Shown piece after piece: positions 12,991 through 25,659 of a DNA stretch of 64,000 nucleotides; the stretch's first letter is position 1; each line of letters opens with the position of its first letter. The notes beneath the pieces are model-generated. The model saw nothing but the letters and a program-made list of their open reading frames with translations, had not been told where the DNA came from and ran no database searches. The DNA lies in NCBI RefSeq assembly GCF_035084215.1, contig NC_090328.1, positions 74,958,001 through 75,022,000 on the forward strand, written 5' to 3'. The position numbers and the translations under genes were made by a program. Origin of the DNA: Heptranchias perlo (Eukaryota).

Positions 12991-14574
12991 TCCCCTAACA
13001 CTAGGTATTGATTAAATAAAACTATCTGATCTCCCATGGCCAAAAAGCAAAATACTGGAAATCTGAATCAATAACAGAAAATACTCGAAACACTCAACAG
13101 GTCAGGCAGAATCAGTGAAGAGAGTAGTCAAGACGTTTTTGTTATAGACCCTTCCTCAATCTCCCATAGCATTGCATATGGGGAGTGAAGACTAAGTCCA
13201 ATAGTCACGTTAAAGACGGGTTAATTGGACCAAGGAGAGACAGGAGAAGGGAAGGGGATGGAGAGAGTGGGGACGGGGGAAAATAGGGTGTGGAGGATAG
13301 GGCAGGAAGGGGAACGGGAGGAGGAGGGGAATGGGGGAGGACGCCAACAGCATGGGAGTTATTGTTTCCAGAACGCTATCCTTCCATCTGCTGGTCCAGA
13401 ATAGCAACGCAGCTGGTGTGGGGTGGAGAATACTAATGTCTTCTATCTGTATTAACTAGTTTACACTTTGTCTTCTCCTCATGGGTGAATTTGCCAGCCG
13501 GGATTATTTAGAAGGAAAGAAAAAACTACATTGACATTGTACGTGGAAATGTCTAGTTTTTTGGGGGGACAGAAATTACACAAGTGTTACCATTTAATGA
13601 GAAAGTACTTGGGGGAAAAAATGGGGGCAGTGGGGGAGGGTTACATTTTGTTTGTCCACCCCACTTCTAAGTGGGTGGGGAAGGGATAGTCAGGCTGAGC
13701 ATAATGGGAACTGACACTGCGGCCAGGGATAGCAGCGATTAAGAACCTGAGGATTGATACTGGCACCTACAAAAACAACTTGCATTTGTATAGTGCCTTA
13801 ACATAGAAAAACATCACGAGGCTAAATTTAAGAAAAAATGGACTACAGTATAGAAGCTTAATTATACAAAGTTATGCAGGTTAATTGGTCCATCCCTAAT
13901 TGACTAATGTTTTTAAATCAATGACTGTAATCATTTACCATTGTGTTAAACCTATACTTGGATATGCAGAGTAGGAAATAACACTACTAAAGGTGTTGTT
14001 ACACTAAGACCAGTTAAACTATCAACACACCGAATAACTGCTCCATTTGCTCTAAATACTTGCTCATTATATGGTACCACTTGTGTAATATTTGCCCCCA
14101 AAAAAGTAATTAGACATTTCTACATACATTGTCAATGTCGTTTTTGGCAGTTTTTTCTTTCCTTCTAAATAATCCAAACTGGCAAATTCATATAAGAGGG
14201 GAAAGCAAAGTATAAATTAGTCAATACAGAAATTTATACTGGACCTCTTAATTCAGAGTCTAACTGTGGCATTGTGACTACTCTGCCTTGAGGGCTACTT
14301 ACTACCTACCATCAGAGTGTGTCTAATAACACAACGCATTCCTGCCAGATGCAAATGTTGTGTCTCATATTCCAGCTTGGCCAAGCCATCTTCATTTAAT
14401 GTCTGCATTGCCCTGGTCGTCTGCTTGTCTACAGTGGATTGAAAGTGTTTTGTTATAGAATCATGGAATTTTTTCAGCACAGAGGAAGACCATTCAGTCC
14501 ATCATGCCTATGCTGGCTCTCAAAGAGCTGTCGATTTAGTACCATCCCCCGCCCTTTTCCTGTATTCTTTTAAA

Positions 14575-16168
14575 TTGAGCACTAAAGAGTGACAAATCCC
14601 CAGGACCAGATGGTTTCCATCCCAGGGTTTTAAAGGAAGTAGGTGAGCACATTGCAGATGCCCTAACTATAATCTTTCAAAGTTCTCTAGATTCAGGAAC
14701 TGTCCCTCCAGATTGGAAAATTGCACATGTCACTCCGCTTTTTAAGAAAGGAGAGGGAGGGAAACCAGGGCATTATAGACCAGTTAGCCTAACATCTGTT
14801 GTGGGGATGCTGGAGTCTATAATTAAGGATAGGGTGACTGAACACCTCGAGAATTTTCAGTCAATCAGAGAGAGCCAGCATGGATTTGTGAAAGGTGGGT
14901 CGTGCCTGACAAACCTGATTGAATTTTTTGAAGAGGTGACTAAAGTAGTGGACAGGGGAATGTCAATGGATATTATTTGTATGGACTTCCAGAAGGCATT
15001 TGATAAAGTCCCACATAAGAGACTGTTAGCTAAGATAGAAGCCCATGGAATTGAGAGAAAAGTACGGACTTGGTTAGGAAGTTGGCTGAGTGAAAGGCGA
15101 CAGAGAGTAGGGATAATGGGCAGGTACTCACATTGGCAGGATGTGACTAGTGGAGTCCCGCAAGAATCTGTCTTGGGGCCTCAATTATTCACTATTTATT
15201 AACTACTTAGATGAAGGCATAGAAAGTCTCATATCTAAGTTTGCCGATGACACAAAGATTGTTGGCATTGTAAGCAGTGTAGATGAAAACACAAAATTAC
15301 AAAGGGATATTGATAGATTAGGTGAATGAGCAAAACTGGCAAATGGAATTCAATGTAGGCAAATGTGAGGTCATCCACTTTGGATCAAAAAAGGATAGAA
15401 CAGGGTACTTTCTAAATGGTAAAAAGTTTAAAAACAGTGGATGTCCAAAGGGACTTAGGGGTTCAGGTACATAGATCATTGAAGTGTCATGAACAGGTGC
15501 AGAAAATAATCAATAAGGCTAATGGAATGCTGGCCTTTATATCTAAAGGACTAGAGTACAAGGGGGCAGAAGCTATGCTGCAGCTATTCAAAACCCTGGT
15601 TAGACTGCACCTGGAGTACTGTGAGCAGTTCTGGGCACCGCACCATTGGAAGGACATATTGGCCTTGGAGGGAATGCAGCGTCGGTTTACTAGAACGATA
15701 CCCGGACTTCAAGGGTTAAGTTACGAGGAGAGATTACACAAATTGGGGTTGTATTCTCTGGAGTTTCGAAGGTTAAGAGGTGATCTGATCGAAGTTTATA
15801 AGATATTAAGGGGAACGGATAGGGTGGATAGAGAGAAACTATTTCCGTGGTTGGGGATTCCAGGAGTAGGGGGCACAGTCTAAAAATTAGAGTCAGACCT
15901 TTCAGGAGTGAGATTAGAAAACATTTCTACACACAAAGGGTGGTAGAAGTTTGGAACTCTCTTCTGCAAACGGCAATTGATACTAGCTCAATTGCTAAAT
16001 TTAAATTTGAGATAGATAGCTTTTTGGCAACCAAAGGTATTAAGGGATATGGGCCAAAGGCAGGTATATGGAGTTAGATCACAGATCAGCCATGATCTTA
16101 TCAAATGGCAGAGCAGGCACGAGGGCCTGAATGGCCTACTCCTGTTCCTATATTCCTATGTTCCTATG
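14575..16168 (+). mobile_element. CR1 LINE RT region and 3' tail
   Basis: SPGPDGFHP, QHGFVKGGSCLTNL, DFQKAFDKVPH; tail ttcctatgttcctatg. Confidence 0.92.
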
Positions 16169-16436
16169 CACATGGAGTCGGATCCTTAGTGGGAGCTCCA
16201 GGCTCCCAGGAGAGCGAAGAGGTTGCGCTTACAGAATGGGAATGGCTAACTAGGTTACTCTATTAAAGGACCAGCGTGGGGGTGGAAATAACAGTCCGTG
16301 GGGCTGCATGATCACGGGTAGCAGAGTGACTGGAAAGAGGAGGACCTACACTTCAGTCAATGCTTGAGCAGGCAAAATATAAATAAGGTGCCCGGGTGTC
16401 CTCATGGCAATATATATTAATTGCTGAGGCCCAAGA

Positions 16437-19400
16437 GGGCTGAAATTTAGATTCTGGCTTGGGGACCATGCCAAAATCCACGTCCTGGAAGGCTTGAAGA
16501 GGCCAATGTGCAGGTAGGGGAAACAAGCTGGAGCTGGAAGTAATGGCTCAATATAAGCCGGGGGATGTGAGTTTAAATATTTTTTAAAATAATATTGTTA
16601 AAAACAGAAACAGTCCTGTTCATGCCTCGAGCAATAGAAATCCAAGATGGTGGCAAATTTATGCCCTTACACCAACTTCGCTGATGGCAATTTACTTTGA
16701 AAGTTCCTGTGTACTTAATTTGACTACGTTGGAACGCAAGAATCAGTATAAAAAAATCAGCATGATTTAAACTTAACCAATGGGGCATCAAGGAACTCAT
16801 GCGCAGCTCTATTAAAAGATGGTGGAGGGGGCTGCTCTTCAGAGCGAGGCTGGGGAGTTCAGGGTAAGTAGCAGACAGCTGTCTCTCATTTTCTAAAAAA
16901 AAATTCCCTTGCCCAGAGAGTTTCCAGTGTCTCAACAGCTTTTTCCTTCTCACAGATGATGACCGAGACTGAAGCAAATGCAGGCAGGAAGAGGGTCTGC
17001 AATTTTGCAGAAGGATGACCTGCAGACCTTACTCAATAAAATTGAGGCGGGACTGGCTCCTGGGATCCCCGAGGGCAAAGCAGTACATGCTGTCAGCCGA
17101 GGGGCATGGAGAGAGGTGACAAATGCACCGAGTGCCACCTCCATGATCCCCAAGATGGCAGCACAATGCCGCAAGAAGTTTAATGACCTGACCAGAGCTT
17201 GGAGGGTAAGACATTCACCATGCTCTCTTTCATTCCTCGCACACCACCACACTCTACTCTGAAAGCAGCACTCACACGACTCACTTCAGTCTGAAGTCAT
17301 TTTAAGGGAACTTCTATCTCCCAGTACTGTAGGATCTTAGCCTACACAGGTCACCTCTGAAATGTTGCACCAGTTTGGATCCCTTCCACCATCACTTGTT
17401 GCACACCACCCATGCAATGATTCAATGAACACTATGATGGTTTGCAAGCCTAATGTTTCATTTCCATCTATGTGGGGCAAACTGGCATACAACTTGGAAG
17501 AGGGAGAGCACATGAAGTCGGTTGGTGGGAATCCCTTGTTGAGAGTCCTTCACTCCCCATGAACAGAAGGCCGTCCAGCTGCTGGGCTGCAGCACCATAG
17601 TGGCCATGGTAGAGTTGTCGACGGTCTACAGCGAAGTGAGTTCCTGAGCCCCCATTATCTTTCCATGCTCTATGACTCACTGTATGAGAGAGCTGGTCTC
17701 TTTTTTTAATCAAGGGTACTGACGGGGAGACTCCCTTTTCTAAATTAAATGACTTCCTGGACATGAAGCAATGAAATGCCACATTCATAGATACTTGTAA
17801 TGTTCTGCATCACAGAATCACAACAGCTCAATAGACCAAGACAACAGAAACAAAAAAAGTTTAAATTTCCAATTGTACATTGTTTATTCTTGGAGCGGAT
17901 GGGGGTGGGGGAGCTATGGAAGAAAAAGTCGTCTTCATTTTGTTCCCTGAGTTCAGTCTCTCTCAAGTGTTTCTCGCCATTTCCTAGCCAGGTGGTTGAG
18001 GGCATGAACTTCTCCTGGATCTCTGCCAATGCCACTTTTAAACCCTATGCATTTTCTTTCTACAGATGCAGCTGGCCCAGAGCAGCCACCACTCTGGAGG
18101 AGGTGGACCAGCTTCCAGAGGAACAGGTGGAAGTAGACGTAGGCCTTGTCCCCACTGAGCAGGCAGATGAGGACCAGTTGGAAGGCTAGAGCCCTGCTCT
18201 TCCCTTCTTGACTTGGAGTGCACTCTCCTTGAAACCTTCAGGCCCCTCTAACAGCAGCAGTCACCTAGCTCACCTGTACCAGGCACCAGCATGAAGACAA
18301 GTCCTTAGGTCATGCCAGCGACAGGCTCCAGGTGCTCACTAGCTCTGTCTGTGAGTTCCGGGGACCAGGAAGACTCTGAAAAGGTGGAGAATGTTTCCAC
18401 CTCTCCAGGTGACAGGTGCACGGCTTAAGAGGCGAATGTTGATCGAGCATCAGAGGTCCTTGAGAACTCTGGGGTCCATCAACAGCAATCTGGCGCTACT
18501 CATGTGTCTGGTTTCAGAGTCTGCAGTAATGTTAACCACCAACGTTGTGCAGGCGATGTTACAGCTGCGCGAACCGATGCAACGGGTGGTGACTGCATTG
18601 GGGCATGCAGCAGATCCCCAGGCAGGGGGCAGAGAGGGAACAGTCAGGGCATCCACCTTAATGGAAGCTCAGACTATAGCTCTTGAGGCTTTGGATGACA
18701 CTCTGAAGGATGCCTTGAAACATGGCTTCCAGCCTCTCACCAAAGGGGTTACAGAAGCCTTGCAGGATTTGGTGACTGCCATCATTCCAGCCATGCAGCT
18801 GAAGACTGTGGCTGCAGATCCAGGCTGAAGTGAATTGATGGGATGGTGGTTGCAGTCCAAGTGCCTGCTGTTGCCACCCCAATAGCAGTACCAGCCAGGG
18901 TTCCAGCTTTCCAGCAGCCAGAACATTGCCAACTGGGCATGGCAGGCCGAGACCAGGCAGCTCAGGATTTCCCTCCTGGGACGCAGCCAGCAGCAGCTCC
19001 GTGACAGGAGCCACCTGAGCATAGAGCCACTACAGCCCCATGACCCCTCTGTCCAGCATCTGGAGTCCACCACACTGGCTGAAAGGCACTGGAGTGAATA
19101 ATGCAGCGTCTAGGGTGACTTTGTTTGCTGAGTCCACCTCCTTACTTCAGGGGGAGGGGGGTGGCGCTCAGCTCTTATTATTTTTATAGTTATAGTTGCA
19201 GCAATTGCTATACAAAGTTTTAGATCGGACTATTTTTTTTCTCTGAACTTGTGTTACGGCTTAGTGCAAGATTAAAAAAATACAACCGGAATTGTAAACA
19301 ACTAAAAACTAGTATCAACAATGAAAACCTTTTTATAAGCTAACTAAATGCAACCAGTTGTTTCAGTGACCTGTTTTGAATTTAACTGTTTTTACACTTA

Positions 19401-20060
19401 AGTTCAGTGTTGCGTGACCCTCTTTCATTCAGTCCCACTGCCAGTGGCCCAAGTGACAGGTTCGAACCTTTTGGAGAACTGACTTGGTGGACATGTCCGC
19501 CACAGGCTGCCCTACCCTCTCGAAGCAACAGTTCATTTGGATGCGGAACACCCCTTGGTTCTAGTGCCCGTGGCTCAGGATCTTCCGATTGACCAATCTT
19601 CCCCTGTTATGTCCAGGCTCAGACCTTTCCTCAAGGCAAAGTCGTGCAGAGTACAGCAGACCGTGACTATCCTCGCACCCCTCTTTCTGGGGAGTATTGC
19701 AGAACACGCTTTGAGGGGACCTGGAGCGGCTCTTCAGAACCCCGAGGGTCCTTTCAACCACCTGCCTGGTGGTTGAATGGGCATGGTTGTATCTTTCTTG
19801 TGCGTTCTGCTGGATCCGAAGTAGTGGGATATGCCCTATCTCCTAAGTTCGACCCGTCTAATCTTCTCTCCTGCATGCAACGGCCAAACAAGCATGCAAC
19901 GGCCAAATTGTGCGCGATGAACACACCAAGGCAGCTCCCCATGTGCTGGACATTCACGTGTAAAATTTTCTTCCAGGCATCACCGATAATCTGAACTCTG
20001 AATGATGGATGTAACTCGCTGGGTTCTCGTTTGGAGCAGGAAATTTGTGTAGTCAAATTT
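16437..20060. mobile_element. Degraded PIF/Harbinger transposon: Myb/SANT gene (+) convergent with DDE transposase remnant (-)
   Basis: AWREV...AAQCRKKFNDL (16978-17262, +); HVNVQ, LGDRAYP, VERTLGVLKSR (19560-20000, -); ends uncertain. Confidence 0.72.
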
Positions 20061-20198
20061 GTCCAAAATGTAACTCAATGTTAAAAGGTCCAGGGAAATT
20101 ATAGGTTCCTCGGACCTGGTAATATTTTTGTTCAGTTCAATACTGAAATTAACACAATATTCCAGAAATAAAAATATTCAGATGTCAGAGTAATTTAT

Positions 20199-20914
20199 GG
20201 GCCAGATTTTGCTCTCAAAATAATGTTGAGGCTAATGGCACTTCGCTATTATTTATGCGCAAATGGTACAGCAACTTCAGGCGAGGGACAGATGCGCGGT
20301 AAAGCGCAGATATCCAAAAGTTGCTGTCCAAGTTGCGCCACTCCGCCATTAGCTTTGGGAAAACGGCATCTCACTGTCTGTCTCACCATTGAAATGCATT
20401 GAATGGTTTGAAGTTGCTGTATTTGTGCGGTAGATACAAACTAACCTTGCCAAAGAAAGTTAAGTCATTTCAAGTCTACGTATCCTTTTAACCACATGAT
20501 AAGTGTTAATTACTGCCAATCAACATCTCTGGCATTCATTCCTGTAAGTTTTAATTGGAGATTTTAAAAATAAAATTTGAAATTAATTTTTTTAACCTTT
20601 TTTGTCTCTCTTAATCCAATCTTTTTTTCTCCTTCTGTACCTGATTTGACATTGAATTCACCCACTCTAATTTACGCTTCCTTCTCAGTCCTTGTGCAGT
20701 TTTTCACAATCCTTCAATCTAATTGGTTAAGGAGACACACAGTTGCTTGCCCTGTTCACTCAAGTCCCAGGTGGCTGGTTTCCCTTGCTGCACTGTTATC
20801 AGCTCGCACTTTCAGCAACTTGGCACATAAAAAATTTAAAAACCTAAACATGCAAGGGCAACTCTAACTAATGACAAATGCCATTAGATGACCTGCTACA
20901 GCAAAATCTGGATC
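20199..20914. mobile_element. Non-autonomous Harbinger-like element (MITE)
   Basis: TIR GGGCCAGATTTTGCT / AGCAAAATCTGGATC (13/15); 3-bp TSD TAT on both sides. Confidence 0.8.
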
Positions 20915-21679
20915 TATAACGTTTAATACTAAAATCATTGCTTAAAAGCAAATTTAAAATACAAGTAAAAGTTTGAATAACTTCTGCTTGCCTAAATCTT
21001 TCCCCCATTCTTTTTTAAACTTTTTTTTACTACTGTTATCATTTATTTTGCATACTATTTTTCAAAAGATGATTTTAAGCATTTGATTTCTTTCCTGCTG
21101 TCTCTGGAGTCCCACTTTCCATTTTGGAGGTGGGCCCCACTTTAATAACATTGGCTTCTGATTTTCTGAAACTAAAGGCTTTTTTCCTCACATTCCAATA
21201 GAGTCATATGTCTGAAGATTAGCATTGATACCTGATACACAAGAAAGCATTGACACACTCGATGATAAACCAGTCTTAGCACAGCAGATGCAATCCAACA
21301 GTGCCCTGACGAGATGTGGAAGAAGTTTATGGCAGTCTAAAGATTAAGAGTTTTATTTTTTTCTATTTTAAGTTAGATTTATTTTACATTCGCTTTTCTT
21401 TTACTGAAGATCTTGCGCGTTTTCAACTGGGGAAACAGCCAAGGAAGTAGAACAGAAACAATCTCATACTAGTATTTTTATTAAACTTTCCTCCACCGTC
21501 CGATTGCTCTATAGTTCATGGCTTATTAATTAGAGACTCCAGTGCCTTTGTCATCTGCTCAGAGTTTAAAATATCCAGTGGTACACTTCTCTCTCTTCCA
21601 AACTCTTATCAAGCCTGAACTTTAGGCTGTACACCAGTAGATCCCATCTTCGTCATTACTGTGCTGCAGCTCGTGTGGC

Positions 21680-24600
21680 GCCGCGATCGTATAGTCGTTA
21701 GTGCATAGAATCATAGAAATTTACGGCACAGAAGGAGGTCATTTGGCTCATCGTGTCTGTGCTGGCCGATAAAGGGCTATCCAGCCTAATCCCACTTTCC
21801 AGCTCTTGGTCTGTAGCCTTGCAGGTTATGGCACCTCAAGTGCATATCCAAGTACCCTTTAAATGCAGAGGGTTTCTGCCTCTACCACCCTTTCAGACAG
21901 TGAGTTCCAGACCCCCATCACCCTTTGGGTGAAAAGAATTCTCCTCAACTCCCCTTTTATCCTGGTACCAATCACTTTAAATCTATGCCCCCTGGTTAAT
22001 GACCTCTCTGCTAAGGGAAATAGGTCCTTCCTATCCACTCTATGTAGGCCACTTATAATTTTATACACCTCAATTAAATCTCCCCTCAGCCTCCTCAGTT
22101 CCAAAGAAAACAGCCCCAGCATATCCGATCTTTCCTCCAATTCTCCAGTCCTGGCAACATCCTCGTAAATCTCCTCTGTACCCTCTCTAGTGCAATCACA
22201 TCTTACCTGTAATGTGACCAGAACTGTACGCAGTACTCTATCTATGGTCTAACTAGTGTTTAATACAGTTCGAGCATAACCTACCTGCTCTTATATTCTA
22301 TGCCTTGGCTAATAAAGGAAAGTATCCCGTATGCCTTTTTAACCACCTTATCTACCTGGCTTGCTACCTTCAGGGATCTGTGGACATGCTCTCCAATGTT
22401 CTTCTCAGTGTCCTACCATTTATTGCCTTGTTTGCCCTTCCCAAATGCATTACTTCGCACTTCTCCGGATTGAATGCCATTTGCCACTTTTCTGCCCACC
22501 TGACCAGTCCATTGATACCTTCCTGCAGACTTCAGCTTCCTTCCTCACTATCAACCATACGGCCAATTTTTGTATCTGCAAACCTCTTAATCATGTCCCC
22601 TACATTTAAGTCTAAATCATTGATCTATACCACAAAAAGCAAGGGACCTAGTACGAGCCCTGCGGAACCGCACTAGAAACAGCCTTCCAGTCACAAAAAC
22701 ACCCATCGACCATTACTCTTTGCTTTCTGCTACTGAGCCAATTTTGGATCCAACTTGCCACTTTCCCTTGGATCCCATGGGCTTATACTTTTCTGACCAG
22801 TATGCCATGTGGGACCTTGTCAAAAGCCTTGCTATAATCCATGTAGACTATATCAAACGCGCTACCCTCATCGATCCTCCTTGTTACCACCTCAAAAAAT
22901 TCAATCAAGTTAATCAGACATAACCTTTCCTTAACAAATCCATGCTGTCCTTGATTACTCTGTGCCTTTCTATGTGACTATTTATCATGTCCCTCAGAAT
23001 TGATTCCAATGACTTGTCCACCACCGAGGCTAGGCTGACTGGCCTGTAATTACTAGGTCTATCCCTTTCTCCCTTCTTAAACGGTATAACGTTAGCAGTC
23101 CTCCGGCACCACGCCTGTAGCCAGGGCAGCTTGGAAAATGATGGCCAGAGCCTCCGCTATTTCTTCCCTTCTCTTAACAGCCTGGGATATGTTTCATCCG
23201 GGCCAGGTGATTTATCTACTTTTAAAGATGCTAAACCCCTTAATATTTCCCCTCTCACTATGTTTATTCCATCCTATGTTTCACACTCCTCCTCAACTAC
23301 AGTGTCTGCAAAGTATTCATTAAGAACCATACCCATGTCTTCCGCCTCCACACGCAGGTTACCTTTTTGTTCTCCTTGGCCCTACTCTTTAGTTATCCTC
23401 TTGCTCTTTATGTATTTATAATACATCTTTGGGTTTTTCTTTATTTTACTTGCCTGTATTTTTTCATGCCCCCTCTTTGCTTTCTTAATTTCCTTTTTCA
23501 TTTTACTCCTGTAGGCTTTCTGCAGTATCTGACAGAAGCTTCCTTTTTTTGTCTTATCCTATCCTGTTTGCTCCTTGACCTCCAGGGGGCTCTAGATTTG
23601 GGAGTCCCTTCCTTTTTCTTTGTGGGAACATGCATGCTCTGAACCCTCACTATCTCCTCAGTGAATGCCTTCCACTCCTCTGACACTGATTTACCTTCAA
23701 TAGCTGTTTCTAGTCCACTTTTGCCAAATCACATCTCAGCTTTGTAAAATTGGCCTTTCCCCAGTTGAGAACTTTTACTCCTGGTCTATCTTTGTCCTTT
23801 TCCATAACTACGCTAAATCTAACTGAATTATGATACCCTTTCCACCTGCCCAGGTTCATTTCCTAAAACTAAGTCCAGAACTGTCCCCTATCTTGTTGGG
23901 CTTGCTATATACGGGCTAAAAAAGTTCTCCTGAATGCAATTTAAGAATTCTGCACCCTCTATACCTTTTACACTGATTCCATCCCAGTTAATATTAGGGT
24001 AGTTGAAATCCCCTCCTATTACTGCCCTATTGTTTTAGCACTTCTCAGAAATTTGCCCACATATTTGCTCTTCTATCTCCCTCTGACTGGGGTCTATAGT
24101 ACACTCCCAGCAGTGTGATTGCCCCTTTGTTTTTCAGTTCCACCCATATGGCCTCATTTAATCATCCTTCTAATATATCATCCCTCCTCGCAGTTGAAAT
24201 TGTTTCTTTATCCAATATTACGACCCCCCCACCCTTTTTTATCCCCCTCTCTATCTCATCTGAAAATTCTGTAACCAGGAGTGTTGAGCTGCCATTCCTA
24301 CGCTTCTTTAAGCCATGTTTCAGTAATAGCTATATCATCATACTTCCACGTGTCTATCTGTGCCCTCAGCTCATCCACCTTACTCACGAGACTCCTTGCA
24401 TTGAAGAAGACTATTAATCACTGCCAAACTCCTTTGTTGTCTGTTTTCTAGCCTTTGTTTCCTCTGCCTTCCAAACTCGCTCACTAATTTTCTGCCTTCC
24501 ATTTCCAGCTTTGCTTCTCTCCCTTCTTAATCTATGCTCAGGTTCCCATCCCCCTGCCAAGTTAGTTTAAATCCTCCCCAACAGCACTAGGAAATCTCCC

Positions 24601-25248
24601 AGTGAGGATATTGGTCCTGGCCCTGTTGAGGTGTAACCTGTCCGGCTTGTACAGGTCCCACCTCCCCCAGAACCAGTCCCAATGCCCCAGGAATCTAAAG
24701 CCCTCCCTCCTGCACCATCTCTCCAGCCTCGCATTCATCTGCCGTATCCTTCTATTTCTGTACTCACTAGCGTGTGGCACTGGGATTAATCCGAAGATTT
24801 CTACCTTTTGAGTTCCTGCTTGTTAATCTCTTTCCTAGCTCCCTAAAATCTGCTTGCAGGACCTCATCCCTCTTTCTACCTGTGCCGTTGGTACCGATAT
24901 GGACCACACCCTCTGGCTGTTCACCCTCCCCCCTCAGAATGTTCTGCAGCTGCTCAGTGACATCCTGGATGCTTGCACCAGAGAAGCAACATACCATCCT
25001 GGAATCACGTCTGCGGCCGCAGAAACGCCTGTCTGTTCCCTTAACTATTGAATCCCCTATCACAATTGCTCTCCTGATCACCCTCCCTCCCTCCCTCCCG
25101 CTGTACCGCTGAGCCACCCATGGTGCTCTGGACTTGGCTCTGGCTGTAAGCCCCAGAGGAACCATCGCTCTCACCAGTATTCAGAATACCGGTTAGAGAG
25201 CACTACGTTGTGATCGCTACAACCTTGTTTCGAATCCGAGTCACAGCA
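21680..25248 (+). pseudogene. tRNA-His(GTG) pseudogene split by a CR1 (5' part 21680-21705, 3' part 25200-25248)
   Basis: Rejoined 72 nt align without gaps to recalled vertebrate tRNA-His, about 12 mismatches; GTG anticodon and TTCGAATCC retained. Confidence 0.85.
21705..25199 (-). mobile_element. CR1 LINE with ORF1 SGNH-esterase remnant and degraded ORF2
   Basis: AIVIGDSIV...VVHIGTN (24560-25170); EN/RT fragments; tail catagaatcatagaa at about 21705. Confidence 0.92.
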
Positions 25249-25463
25249 CAGTAAGAGTTGTATAATTCTATGTAGGTACATGTTTTTGTTTTGTTGTGAT
25301 GGGATAGGCAGTAGAATGGTATTATAGTAGCCACTGGCACCAATTCTAAAGAACAGAATTCTCAAACTTCACCAGAATTAAAATATGATGGATTCAAGAT
25401 ATGATCTCACTAAATGTAGTGGATATTTTATATCTTCACAATTATTTTCCTTCTGTCATTTAG

Positions 25464-25659
25464 GGCAAGAAAGTTGCTTTTTACAAAAGAGCACAAATCC
25501 TAATAGCGGACATCTGGGGCCTACTGGAAGGAAAAGGGAATGGCTTCTTTCATGACATAGCCAGTCTGACTATATTTGCAGACTACAGAATCCCTCAGGC
25601 ACTTGTCTACCTTGGAGCCATGAAGTACTCAGAAGAACTCATGGAAAAACTCAAACAAG
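25464..25659 (+). CDS. QNG1: QNG1 coding exon 3
   Basis: 196 bp AG/GT; [18 protein letters not shown]...[12 protein letters not shown]; missed by the ORF track. Confidence 0.92.

Noticed and set aside
13240-13340. G-quadruplex-like purine tract; also G-runs at about 28615 and 54168
   Set aside because: Low-complexity sequence with no supporting context; homopolymer lengths are error-prone
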